Shown here: positions 55,952-64,000 of the stretch, in pieces
Numbering within the stretch: position 1 is the stretch's first letter
Layout: each line of letters opens with the position of its first letter
Translations under genes and position numbers: made by a program
Source: an uncultured Actinomycetes bacterium
GTDB lineage: Bacteria > Actinomycetota > UBA4738 > HRBIN12
Length of the DNA stretch: 64,000 bases
Assembly: GCA_963706005.1 (NCBI GenBank)
Contig: CAVPLL010000010.1
Location: forward strand, 36,429-100,428
Direction: 5' to 3'
The notes under the pieces: model-generated
The model's database searches: none
Seen by the model: only the letters and a program-made list of their open reading frames with translations
Told to the model about the DNA's origin: nothing

Positions 55952-56170
55952 ATGGATTGCTGGCACTGCAAGACGGAGCGCGGTCGGGGTCTGCCGGTTC
56001 TGCGGCCGTGGGATCTGCGAGGACCACGTCGAGACGCAGCCCTACATCCTCGAGCTCTTCCGCACGCGGCAGACGTCCCCCGGGTGCTGATCGTCGAGGA
56101 CGCACTGTTCTGCGGCGCCTGCACGCCCCGGCCCGACCCCCTCGACCTGCCCGAACTCGACTCCATGTGA
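55952..56170 (+). CDS. Small Cys-rich protein, DUF2180-like (compensating frameshifts near 55973 and 56066)
   Basis: Reconstructed MDCWHCKRSAVGVCRFCGRGICEDH...ALFCGAC. Confidence 0.75.
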   Translation: MDCWHCKTERGRGLPVLRPWDLRGPRRDAALHPRALPHAADVPRVLIVEDALFCGACTPRPDPLDLPELDSM

Positions 56171-56251
56171 CGTGCGTCACCAAGGGAGATGTGATGCAGG
56201 TCACGTCCGAGGAGGTGACGGGCGACACACGCGCCCGGTGACGCTGCCACG
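56166..56251 (+). promoter_or_regulatory. Tandem array of CRP-type boxes, 24-bp period
   Basis: TGTGA-N6-TCACC (56166), TGTGA-N6-TCACG (56190), GGTGA-N6-ACACA (56214), degenerate GGTGA-N5-CCACG (56237). Confidence 0.72.
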
Positions 56252-56310
56252 ATGATGTCGTCATGGATCATGCCCTTGAGGGCCAAGAGCGGACGGGGGA
56301 GGTGACGATC

Positions 56311-56439
56311 GTGGCGGAGAAGAAGATCTCCCCGAAGGCGCCGGCTGCCAAGGAGAAGAAGGAGTCGGGCAAGACGGAGGCTGCCACCCGGGTGACGCGG
56401 ATGAAGCGGATGAAGCGGCTCAAGCGGGTGAAGAAGTAG
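56311..56439 (+). CDS. 42-aa cationic peptide with triplet-repeat C-terminus (not in ORF track)
   Basis: GGGGAGGTG RBS, GTG start, MAEKKISPKAPAAKEKKESGKTEAATRVTRMKRMKRLKRVKK*, almost all codons end in G/C, own terminator. Confidence 0.8.
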   Translation: MAEKKISPKAPAAKEKKESGKTEAATRVTRMKRMKRLKRVKK

Positions 56440-56458
56440 ACTATCAAGATCGTGACAC

Positions 56459-56491
56459 GAGGCCGGGTCGCCATTTTGGCGACCCGGCCTC
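56459..56491 (+). terminator. Terminator-like hairpin after the peptide gene
   Basis: 15-bp perfect stem gaggccgggtcgcca-ttt-tggcgacccggcctc. Confidence 0.8.
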
Positions 56492-56528
56492 AGCGCGTTG
56501 GGGACCCGGCGCGACCTGGAGACGAGAT

Positions 56529-57254
56529 GTGACTACGCTTGCATCCGTGCCGACTACGGAGCTCAGTCACGCGCTCCTCGAGGGGATGGCGCGGACGCCC
56601 CTGTTCGAGGAGGCGTCCGCGGAGACCATCTCGCGCCTTGCCGCCCAGGGCGTGACGAGAAGCTTCCGACGGGGGACCTACCTCTTCCATCAGGGCGACG
56701 AGGCGCCCGACGTCTACTTCCTCGTGAGCGGCCGCGTCGAGATCAGCTCGTTGTCCGCCAGCGGTCACCGACAGCTCCATACGACGCTCGACGTCCCCCA
56801 GTTCTTCGGCGAGCTCGGCGTGCTCGGGGGTCAACCGCGGTCGGCCGCGGCGCTCGCCCTCGAGGACACGGAGGCGTGGCGGACGAGCGGCCCCGTCCTC
56901 CTCGACTTCCTGATCGAGGAGCCCTCGGCCGCCCGAGCGTTGCTCCGCGCGCTCGCCCGGCAGGTTCTGGCGCAGGAGGCCTTCGTCGAGGACCTGCTCT
57001 ACCTGGACCTGAAGGGCCGGGTCGCCAAGCGGCTCCTGCAGCTCGTCTCGCCGTCGCTCGACGACCTCCCCTCCGACGGTGCCGTGGTTCCGTCGATCGT
57101 GACGCACGCGGACCTCGCCAGCCTGTGCGGGGGCAGCCGGGAGAACGTCACGAGGATCCTGTCCGACTTCCAGCGCCGGGGGTTCGTCGAGCGGGACGGG
57201 AAGCGGTTCGTGCTGAAGAAGATCTCCGGGCTCGCCAAGCTCGCGGGTCTGTAG
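56529..57254 (+). CDS. Crp/Fnr family transcriptional regulator
   Basis: FFGELGVLGGQPRSA cNMP cassette; HTH THADLASLCGGSRENVTRIL. Confidence 0.93.
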   Translation: MTTLASVPTTELSHALLEGMARTPLFEEASAETISRLAAQGVTRSFRRGTYLFHQGDEAPDVYFLVSGRVEISSLSASGHRQLHTTLDVPQFFGELGVLGGQPRSAAALALEDTEAWRTSGPVLLDFLIEEPSAARALLRALARQVLAQEAFVEDLLYLDLKGRVAKRLLQLVSPSLDDLPSDGAVVPSIVTHADLASLCGGSRENVTRILSDFQRRGFVERDGKRFVLKKISGLAKLAGL

Positions 57255-57260
57255 CGACCG

Positions 57261-57581
57261 ATGCGTTACCGCACGTTCCGGCGCAGGCTGAGCGAGGCGA
57301 CGGCCGCCCACGATTGGCTCCAGGGGATCACCTTCGTCCTCGGGGCAGCGTTCCTCTTGCTCGCGCTCGTGTGCCTGTGGGGGTTGGCCACGGGCATCGC
57401 CAACATCGGCGACGCCGAGGCTCCTCCCGGTCCGGAGGCGACGGCGGGGTTCCTCCAGGCTACGCGGGGGTTCGCGATCGTCCTGTTCGCCATCTTGGGG
57501 TTCGTGGCGTTCGGGGTCGGGTGGTTCCTCGCCGGCGACACGATCAAGGGATGGTTCGCTCGCTTGCGGACGCGAGGCTGA
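57261..57581 (+). CDS. Two-TM hypothetical membrane protein
   Basis: Two hydrophobic helices; starts 6 bp after the crp-like gene stop. Confidence 0.7.
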   Translation: MRYRTFRRRLSEATAAHDWLQGITFVLGAAFLLLALVCLWGLATGIANIGDAEAPPGPEATAGFLQATRGFAIVLFAILGFVAFGVGWFLAGDTIKGWFARLRTRG

Positions 57582-57588
57582 GCGCCGG

Positions 57589-58617
57589 TCAGCCCCCGAT
57601 CGCGGACATCGATCGCGCCGGCTGCAGGAAGTCGGGATGGTTGATCCGGTGTCCGGACCACTTCCGCCAGACGTTGCCACGGATCAGGTCCACGAGGTCG
57701 TCGTCGGAGGCGCCCTCCCGCAGCGGGGCCCGCAGGTCCGTCTCCTCGAGGGCGAACAGGCAGGCGCGGACCTGGCCCTCGGCCGTGATCCGCAGCCGGT
57801 TGCAGGTCTCGCAGAAGGGTTCGGTGACGCTGCCGATCACCCCGATCCCGCCGGGGGCGCCATCGGCGAACCGGTAGCTGGTCGCCGGCTCGGCGTCCGG
57901 CCCCTCGGGGACGAGCGGGAAGACCGCGTCGATCGCCTCGATGATCCTGGCGGAGGAGAAGACCTTCGCCCGTTCCCACGCGTGCTGCGCGTCGAGCGGC
58001 ATGTACTCGATGAACCGCACCGCGTGGCCGCGCTCCCTCGACCAGCGGGCGAGGTCGACGAGCTCGTCGTCGTTCGTGCCCCCGATGACCACGCAGTTGA
58101 TCTTGATGGGCACCAGGCCCGCTCGCTCGGCCGCCGCGATGCCCGCGAGCACCCGATCGAGCGCGTCGCGGCGGGTCATCTGCTCGAACCGGTGTCGCAA
58201 GAGGGAGTCGAGCGAGACGGTCACCCGATCCAGCCCTGCCTCGGCGAGCGGCGCGGCGAGCCGGTCGAGCAGCACGCCGTTCGTCGTCATCGACAGGTCG
58301 ATCTCGGGCGCGGCCTCGCGGAACATCTCGATGAGCCGGGGGAGGTCGGCCCGGACCGTCGGCTCCCCGCCGGTGACCTTGACGGAGCGGATCCCCAGCC
58401 GCTGGACGAACAGCCTCAGGATCCGGGTGAGCTCCTCGAACGTCAGGATCTCGTGCTTGGGGAGCCAGACGAGGCCCTCGGCCGGCATGCAGTAGGTGCA
58501 CCGGAAGTTGCAGCGGTCGGTGACCGAGATCCGCAGGTCGTCGGCGACGCGGCCGAACGTGTCGACCAATGGTCCCTCCGTCGGGGGCGGGGAGGTGGGC
58601 GGCTGCCAGGCATCCAT
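57589..58617 (-). CDS. moaA: GTP 3',8-cyclase MoaA
   Basis: LRISVTDRCNFRCTYCMP, TGGEP, FCETCNRLR, MSAIGG. Confidence 0.96.
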   Translation of the reverse strand: MDAWQPPTSPPPTEGPLVDTFGRVADDLRISVTDRCNFRCTYCMPAEGLVWLPKHEILTFEELTRILRLFVQRLGIRSVKVTGGEPTVRADLPRLIEMFREAAPEIDLSMTTNGVLLDRLAAPLAEAGLDRVTVSLDSLLRHRFEQMTRRDALDRVLAGIAAAERAGLVPIKINCVVIGGTNDDELVDLARWSRERGHAVRFIEYMPLDAQHAWERAKVFSSARIIEAIDAVFPLVPEGPDAEPATSYRFADGAPGGIGVIGSVTEPFCETCNRLRITAEGQVRACLFALEETDLRAPLREGASDDDLVDLIRGNVWRKWSGHRINHPDFLQPARSMSAIGG

Positions 58618-58630
58618 ACGAAGCTCCAGC

Positions 58631-58903
58631 CTACCCGGCCGCCGGGGTTCGGTCCTCGGGCGGCGCCGCGGGCAGGAGCCGTTCGAGGGTCTCGAGCGTC
58701 ACCGCGAGGGCGTCCTGCCTCGAGGCGCCCGCGACCGTGCCGCGGCCCGTCGCGGAGCCGAGGAGGAACGCGGCGAGCGGGGTGATCTTCCGCTCCACTC
58801 GGTGCGCCACGTCCCGGGCCGAGCCGAGGAGCCTCGTGGCCTCGGCGTCGGTCAGGGGTTCCTCCCCGAGTTCCCGCGCCAATCGATCGATCCATCCCTC
58901 CAT
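58631..58903 (-). CDS. DUF6457-like protein
   Basis: LL..ARDVAHRVERKITPLAAFLLG. Confidence 0.8.
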   Translation of the reverse strand: MEGWIDRLARELGEEPLTDAEATRLLGSARDVAHRVERKITPLAAFLLGSATGRGTVAGASRQDALAVTLETLERLLPAAPPEDRTPAAG

Positions 58904-58975
58904 CGATCCTCCTCCCGTGTCCGCCTGGGCACCGTAGTCCGGACGAGCGCGCCGTGCGTCTGGCAGGATGGGTCA

Positions 58976-60217
58976 GTGAGCGGCATCCGCGCCGCCGTCG
59001 TGACCGTGTCCGACGGCGTCACCCAGGGAACGCGAGCCGACGGCTCCGGCGACGCCGCCGAGGCGCTGCTGCGGGGGGCGGGGTTCGACGTGGAGGCCCG
59101 CACCGTGGTGCCCGACGATCGGCCGGCCATCGAGACCGTCCTGCGGGACCTGGCCGATGCCCGGGGGTTCGCGCTCGTGGTCACCACGGGGGGAACGGGG
59201 TTCGGGCCCCGGGACGTGACACCGGAGGCAACCCGGGCGGTGCTCGAGCGGGACGCGCCCGGACTGGCCGAACTGATGCGCCTCGAGGGTCTGCGACAGA
59301 CGCCGCTGGCGGCCCTGTCGCGGGGGGTCACGGGGTCGCGCGGACGCACCCTGATCGTCAACCTGCCCGGGAGCCCGACCGGCGTCCGCCAGAGCCTGCA
59401 GGCCGTGCTGCCGGTCCTGACGCACGCCGTCGAACTGCTCGGCGGGTCCACGGGCGAGCACCCGACCGGCCACGCCCCGGGCGGCGAGGTGTCTGCGTCG
59501 ACGCCGGGAAGCCCACCCCGCGCATGGGTGCAGGCGAAGGCCGTGCGGGTGCACGGCACGCCGCCCTGCCGTGTGGGCAACGAGATGCGCATCGTCCCCG
59601 GGGGGCCGGTGCACGGCACGCTGGGGTGTGCCGAGTTCGATGAGGCCGCTGTGCGCGACGCCGCCGAGATCGAGGCGTCGGGCGAGCCCGGGATCCGCAC
59701 GTACCACCATGAGCAGGGAGAGGTCGAGGTCTACCTCGAGCCCCATCGTCCGGCCCCGACGCTCGTGTTGGTCTCGGCGACCGACGTCGCGCGGGAGCTC
59801 GCCCGGCTCGCGCCCGGGTTGGGCTTCTCGCCGGTCGTGGTCGAGGCGCGGGCAGAACGCGTGACCCCGGCCGACGCGAACTCGACCGCCGTCGCCCGCA
59901 CGTTGGACGGGCTGCGGATCGATGCGGAGACGAGGGTGGTGTTCACCGATCACGACGCGCCCGGGATCACCGAGGCGCTCGCCCACGTGCTCCGGTCGCC
60001 GGCGAGGTTCGTCGGGGTCATGGGCAGCCGACGCCACGTCGGGCCGTACGTGGAGGGGCTCCGGGCGATGGGGTTCGGGGACGAGGACCTCTCCCGCATC
60101 CGGTCGCCACTCGGCGTGGATCTCGGGGGCAGGCGGCCGCCGGAGATCGCGCTGTCGATCGCCGCCGGGCTGATCGCGGACGCCAACGATCGCGACGCCG
60201 GGTGGCTCGACCGGTGA
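58976..60217 (+). CDS. MogA/MoaB - XdhC fusion protein
   Basis: TVSD, TTGGTGFGPRDVTPEAT, NLPGSP; then GTLGCAEFD, VYLEP, VGVMGSRR, RSPLGVDLGGRRPPEIALSI. Confidence 0.87.
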   Translation: MSGIRAAVVTVSDGVTQGTRADGSGDAAEALLRGAGFDVEARTVVPDDRPAIETVLRDLADARGFALVVTTGGTGFGPRDVTPEATRAVLERDAPGLAELMRLEGLRQTPLAALSRGVTGSRGRTLIVNLPGSPTGVRQSLQAVLPVLTHAVELLGGSTGEHPTGHAPGGEVSASTPGSPPRAWVQAKAVRVHGTPPCRVGNEMRIVPGGPVHGTLGCAEFDEAAVRDAAEIEASGEPGIRTYHHEQGEVEVYLEPHRPAPTLVLVSATDVARELARLAPGLGFSPVVVEARAERVTPADANSTAVARTLDGLRIDAETRVVFTDHDAPGITEALAHVLRSPARFVGVMGSRRHVGPYVEGLRAMGFGDEDLSRIRSPLGVDLGGRRPPEIALSIAAGLIADANDRDAGWLDR

Positions 60218-60996
60218 GCGGCTCCCGTCCGGTCGCGGCGGCGGCGCAACCGGCGTACATCCGTCGCAACCGCGCGAGCTGGAACCGCGAGGCCGACGAC
60301 TACCAGCGCGACCACGCCTCCCAGCTGAACCGCTTCGACCGCCCGGCCTGGGGCGTGTGGCAGATCGAGGAGTCCGAGCTCGGCGCGCTCGGCGACGTCG
60401 CCGGGAAGGACGTCCTCGAGTTCGGTTGCGGCGGCGGCCAGTGGTCGATCTCGCTGGCCCGCATGGGTGCGCGTCCGGTCGGCCTGGACCTGTCGATCCG
60501 CCAGCTGTCGCACGCCGCGCGGCTGATGGAGGGGGCGGCCGAGCGGTTCCCGCTCGTGAACGCCAACGCCGAGCGGACGCCGTTCCCGGATCGGCGGTTC
60601 GACATCGTCTTCTGCGATCACGGCGCGATGACCTTCGCGGACCCCTACCTGACCGTTCCCGAAGTCGCCCGCATCCTGCGACCCGGCGGCCTGTTCGCGT
60701 TCAACAGCGCGACCCCGCTCATCTGGCTCTGCTGGGGGGACGGGGACGAGCCGCCGGGTCCCGCGCTCGTCCGGAGCTACTTCGGTCTGCGCCGCGAGAC
60801 GTGGGACACGGTCGAGTTCCAGCTGCCGTACGGGGATTGGATCCGGCTCTTCCGTTCGAACGGGTTCGAGGTGCTCGACCTGCTGGAGCTCCGACCGCCG
60901 GCGCGTCCGCGCACCACGTACCCGGATTTCGCGCCCATCGGCTGGGCTCGGCGGTGGCCCGGCGAGCACATCTGGAAGCTCCGGAAGCTCGGATGA
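60214..60996 (+). CDS. Class I SAM-dependent methyltransferase
   Basis: VLEFGCGGG, GLDLS, FDIVFCDHGAMTF, LRPGG. Confidence 0.9.
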   Translation: MSGSRPVAAAAQPAYIRRNRASWNREADDYQRDHASQLNRFDRPAWGVWQIEESELGALGDVAGKDVLEFGCGGGQWSISLARMGARPVGLDLSIRQLSHAARLMEGAAERFPLVNANAERTPFPDRRFDIVFCDHGAMTFADPYLTVPEVARILRPGGLFAFNSATPLIWLCWGDGDEPPGPALVRSYFGLRRETWDTVEFQLPYGDWIRLFRSNGFEVLDLLELRPPARPRTTYPDFAPIGWARRWPGEHIWKLRKLG

Positions 60997-62417
60997 GCGC
61001 CGAGGCCCGGACGGCGCGCTCCCGACGGGCGCGCCCGAGCATGCGGCCCGGGCTGGCCGTCGGTCTCGCGCTCGCCGCCCTCGTATGGAGCGTCACCGCG
61101 CTGCCGCAGGTCCGTGGACAGGAGGACCCGCGCCCGAACGTGATCGTCATCCTCACCGACGACCAGTCGGCGGATTCGATCCCGAACGCGTACGACGTGA
61201 TGCCGTTCCTGCAGCAGCGCGCCCTCGATCCGAGCGACCACTGGGTCGTGTTCGACCACTTCTACGTGAACACGCCGCTCTGCTGTCCTTCGCGGGCCAC
61301 GATGCTGAGCGGGCGATTCGCGCACCACACCGGGGTGCAGGACAACGAGGACGCGGAGCTGTTCGACGAGACCTCGACGGTCGCGACGTGGCTCCACGGC
61401 GCTGGCTACCACACCGGGCTGGTCGGCAAGTACCTGAACCTGTACCCGTTCGAACGCCCGGCCTACGTGCCCGCCGGATGGGATCGGTGGTGGGGTCGGC
61501 AGCACGGACCGGTGACGAGCCTGTACTACGACTACACGCTGTTCGAGCAGGACCACGTCGTCCCGTACGGCCATGCGGACTCCGACTACGCGACCGACGT
61601 CCTCGCCGGCAAGGCGACCGAGTTCATCCGTGAGGCGCCGGCGGATCGGCCGTACTTCCTGTGGTTCGCGCCGACCGCCCCCCACCCGCCGTGGATCGCG
61701 GCGCCCAGGGACGCGGGCGCGTTCGCCGGGCTGCCGGTTCCCACACCGCCATCGGTGGGGGAGGCGGACGTTTCGGACAAGCCCGCCTGGGTCCGTCATC
61801 TCCCGGCGCTCGACGCCGCGGAGATCTCGGCGCTGCGAACCAGCCGCCGGCGCTCGTACCGGGCGCTGCTCGCGGTCGACGACGCCGTCCGACAGATCAT
61901 GGCGGCGGTACGCGCGCGCGGCGACCTCGCGAACACGGTGGTGGTGTTCGCCTCCGACAACGGCCTCGCGTTCGGCGAGCATCGCTGGACGAAGAAGACC
62001 TGTCCCTACGATGCGTGCATGCGGGTCCCGTTCATGATCCGCTTGCCGAGCATCCCGCACCGGACCGAGCAGGCGATCGTGTCGGCCGCCGACCTCGCGC
62101 CGACGATCGCCGACCTGGCCGGGGCGACGCCCGCGACGCCGGTCGACGGGGTCAGCCTCGTGCCGCTCTTGTCGACCGGGAGCCGGGCAGGGCTGCCCGG
62201 CGAGGTCTTCGCCGAATGGGTGGGCGACGACACGATCCCGGCGTGGTGGGAGGTCCGGACCAGACGCTTCGCCTACATCGAGCTCGCGACCGACGAGCGC
62301 GAGCTGTACGCGCTGCGGGACGACCCCTTCGAGCTCGTGAACGTGGTGGATGACCCGGCGTTCGCGAACGACGTGACCCGGCTCTCCGCGACCCTCGAGG
62401 CGTACCGGAGCGCGTGA
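60993..62417 (+). CDS. Secreted sulfatase (N-acetylglucosamine-6-sulfatase-like)
   Basis: PNVIVILTDDQ, CCPSRA, GKYLN, SDNG. Confidence 0.92.
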   Translation: MSAEARTARSRRARPSMRPGLAVGLALAALVWSVTALPQVRGQEDPRPNVIVILTDDQSADSIPNAYDVMPFLQQRALDPSDHWVVFDHFYVNTPLCCPSRATMLSGRFAHHTGVQDNEDAELFDETSTVATWLHGAGYHTGLVGKYLNLYPFERPAYVPAGWDRWWGRQHGPVTSLYYDYTLFEQDHVVPYGHADSDYATDVLAGKATEFIREAPADRPYFLWFAPTAPHPPWIAAPRDAGAFAGLPVPTPPSVGEADVSDKPAWVRHLPALDAAEISALRTSRRRSYRALLAVDDAVRQIMAAVRARGDLANTVVVFASDNGLAFGEHRWTKKTCPYDACMRVPFMIRLPSIPHRTEQAIVSAADLAPTIADLAGATPATPVDGVSLVPLLSTGSRAGLPGEVFAEWVGDDTIPAWWEVRTRRFAYIELATDERELYALRDDPFELVNVVDDPAFANDVTRLSATLEAYRSA

Positions 62418-63913
62418 GGCGCGCCGCCGCGTTCGCCCTCGGGGCGCTGCTGCTCCTCGGCCCCGCCCGCGCCGGTGCGCGGGTCGAGCCGGCGACCGCC
62501 CCGGGCCAACCCCCGAACATCGTCCTGATCGTGACCGACGACCAGCGGTGGGACACGCTGTGGGCGATGCCCATCCTGTCCGAGCGCCTCGCGGGCCGGG
62601 GCGTGACCTTCCCGAACGCGTTCGTCACGAACCCGCTCTGCTGCCCGAGCCGCGCCAGCATCCTGACCGGCAACTACTCGCACACCCACCTGGTCTACCG
62701 CCAGTCGCCGCCGTTCGGCCGGTTCGAGTGGTTCCACGACGGGTCGACGCTCGCGACGTGGTTGCACGACGCCGGCTACCGGACGGGCCTGTTCGGCAAG
62801 TACATCGACGGGTACCAGCACGCGGCGGTGACCGGCTACGTCCCGCCCGGCTGGGACCGGTGGGTGGCGTTCGTGCACTCGGCCCCCGTCGACTACACGT
62901 TGACGATCGACGGTCAGCTGCACGGGTTCGGGCACGGTCCCGGCGACCACGCGACGGAGGTGCTGACCGACGAGGCGGTCGCGTTCGTCCGGGACACCGC
63001 CGGCCCGTTGTTCCTCGAGCTCGCCACGTCCGCCCCCCACGCCCCCGCGACCCCATCGCCGGGCGACGAACGAGCATTCGCGAACCTCCCGCCGGCGCGA
63101 CCGCCTTCGTTCGACGAGGCCGACGTGTCGGACAAGCCCGCGTGGGTCGGCGACCTCGCGAGGTTCACGCCCTCGCAGGTGGCGGAGATCGACGCGTTCC
63201 GGATGGATCAGTACCGATCGCTCCTCGGCGTCGACCGCGCTCTCGGCGAGCTCCTGGACGTGCTCGAGCGAACGGGGCGGCTCGAGAACACCCTGATCGT
63301 GTTCACCTCCGACAACGGGATCCTGTACGGGGAGCACCGATGGACCAAGAAGGAGGCGCCGTACGAGGAGGCGATCCGGGTGCCACTCGTGATGCGATGG
63401 GACGCTGCCGGGTGGACGCCGGGGACCGAGCTGCCGGGCGTCCTCGCGCTCAACATCGATCTAGCGCCGACGATCGCCGACGCAGCCGGGGTCGCCCACC
63501 CGCCGACCGACGGGATGAGCCTGCTGCCCGTCCTGCAAGACGACGGGTCGCCGTGGCGCTCGGACTTCCTGATCGAACACCTGGAGGGGACGAACCCGAT
63601 CCCTACCTACTGCGCGGTGCGCTCGGAGCGGTGGATCTACGTCCGGTACACCACGGGCGAAGAGGAGCTGTACGACCTGACCTCGGACCCCTTCGAGCTC
63701 CAGAACCTCGCGACGGATCCGTCTCGAGCGTCGATCCTCGAGGACCGGCAGGCGCGGCTACAGGCGCTGTGCTCTCCGGTCCCACCCGGCTTCGAGGACC
63801 GCTCGGCCACGAGGGTCCCGCTCGCGGTGATCGTGTTCGGGGTCCTGGTGGTGATCGAGGTCGTGGCCTCGCGCCGCGCGCCCCGTGCACGGAAGGCGTC
63901 CCCGGTAGGCTAG
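62414..63913 (+). CDS. Second sulfatase paralog with C-terminal membrane anchor
   Basis: PNIVLIVTDDQ, CCPSRA, SDNG, ELYDL..DP.E..N; C-terminal hydrophobic helix and basic tail. Confidence 0.92.
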   Translation: MRRAAAFALGALLLLGPARAGARVEPATAPGQPPNIVLIVTDDQRWDTLWAMPILSERLAGRGVTFPNAFVTNPLCCPSRASILTGNYSHTHLVYRQSPPFGRFEWFHDGSTLATWLHDAGYRTGLFGKYIDGYQHAAVTGYVPPGWDRWVAFVHSAPVDYTLTIDGQLHGFGHGPGDHATEVLTDEAVAFVRDTAGPLFLELATSAPHAPATPSPGDERAFANLPPARPPSFDEADVSDKPAWVGDLARFTPSQVAEIDAFRMDQYRSLLGVDRALGELLDVLERTGRLENTLIVFTSDNGILYGEHRWTKKEAPYEEAIRVPLVMRWDAAGWTPGTELPGVLALNIDLAPTIADAAGVAHPPTDGMSLLPVLQDDGSPWRSDFLIEHLEGTNPIPTYCAVRSERWIYVRYTTGEEELYDLTSDPFELQNLATDPSRASILEDRQARLQALCSPVPPGFEDRSATRVPLAVIVFGVLVVIEVVASRRAPRARKASPVG

Positions 63914-64000
63914 CCGGCCATGAGCTCGCCCTCCGGACCGGGTTCGAGGGTGCCGATCCCGCGCAAGCGACTGCGATCGGACCGCAGGCGCGCCGCCCGA

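Noticed and set aside
56166-56251. 24-bp periodic array as a CRISPR or iteron array
   Set aside because: Units are short palindromic boxes with no spacer-sized unique sequences, and there are no cas or rep genes
56268-56474. 68-aa minus-strand ORF (FTRLSRFIRFIR)
   Set aside because: Antisense shadow of the plus-strand peptide, which has the RBS, codon bias and terminator
57589-58617. Radical SAM gene as modifier of the 42-aa peptide
   Set aside because: It has canonical MoaA motifs including the C-terminal GG, lies on the opposite strand and has Moco neighbours
63920-64000. ATG-initiated frame at the window end
   Set aside because: Only 27 codons visible; cannot be assigned

Overview
Gene-dense, very GC-rich bacterial chromosome segment, most likely from a deep-branching Actinomycetota (inferred from clpC-radA-carD-PIN/TRAM-ispDF-rlmB synteny, large NAD-glutamate dehydrogenase, DUF3263/LytR_C, actinobacterial GroES-like protein). 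About a dozen single-base frameshifts in otherwise intact genes suggest an unpolished long-read assembly. Most content is housekeeping or known accessory function: clpC, radA, carD, ispDF, rlmB, tRNA-Thr(UGU), gdhB, trehalose genes, acs, CIRCE-groEL, moaA, sulfatases, and a DsrE-TusA-SQR-TusA-DsrE sulfur operon. The best candidate for an undescribed system is at about 53.0-57.6 kb. It combines an M50 site-2 protease with a possible RRE-like N-terminus and two cyclic-nucleotide-binding domains, a small Cys-rich protein, and an unannotated 42-aa cationic peptide ending in six hydrophobic-T/K-R/K triplets. The peptide gene is preceded by CRP-type boxes at 24-bp spacing and followed by a Crp/Fnr regulator with a CRP-like recognition helix. 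Also notable are tandem WD40 genes (one with TIR and a TM helix) and an integrase-less 2.2-kb islet in tRNA-Thr. All family assignments come from motif recognition by eye; no database searches were run.
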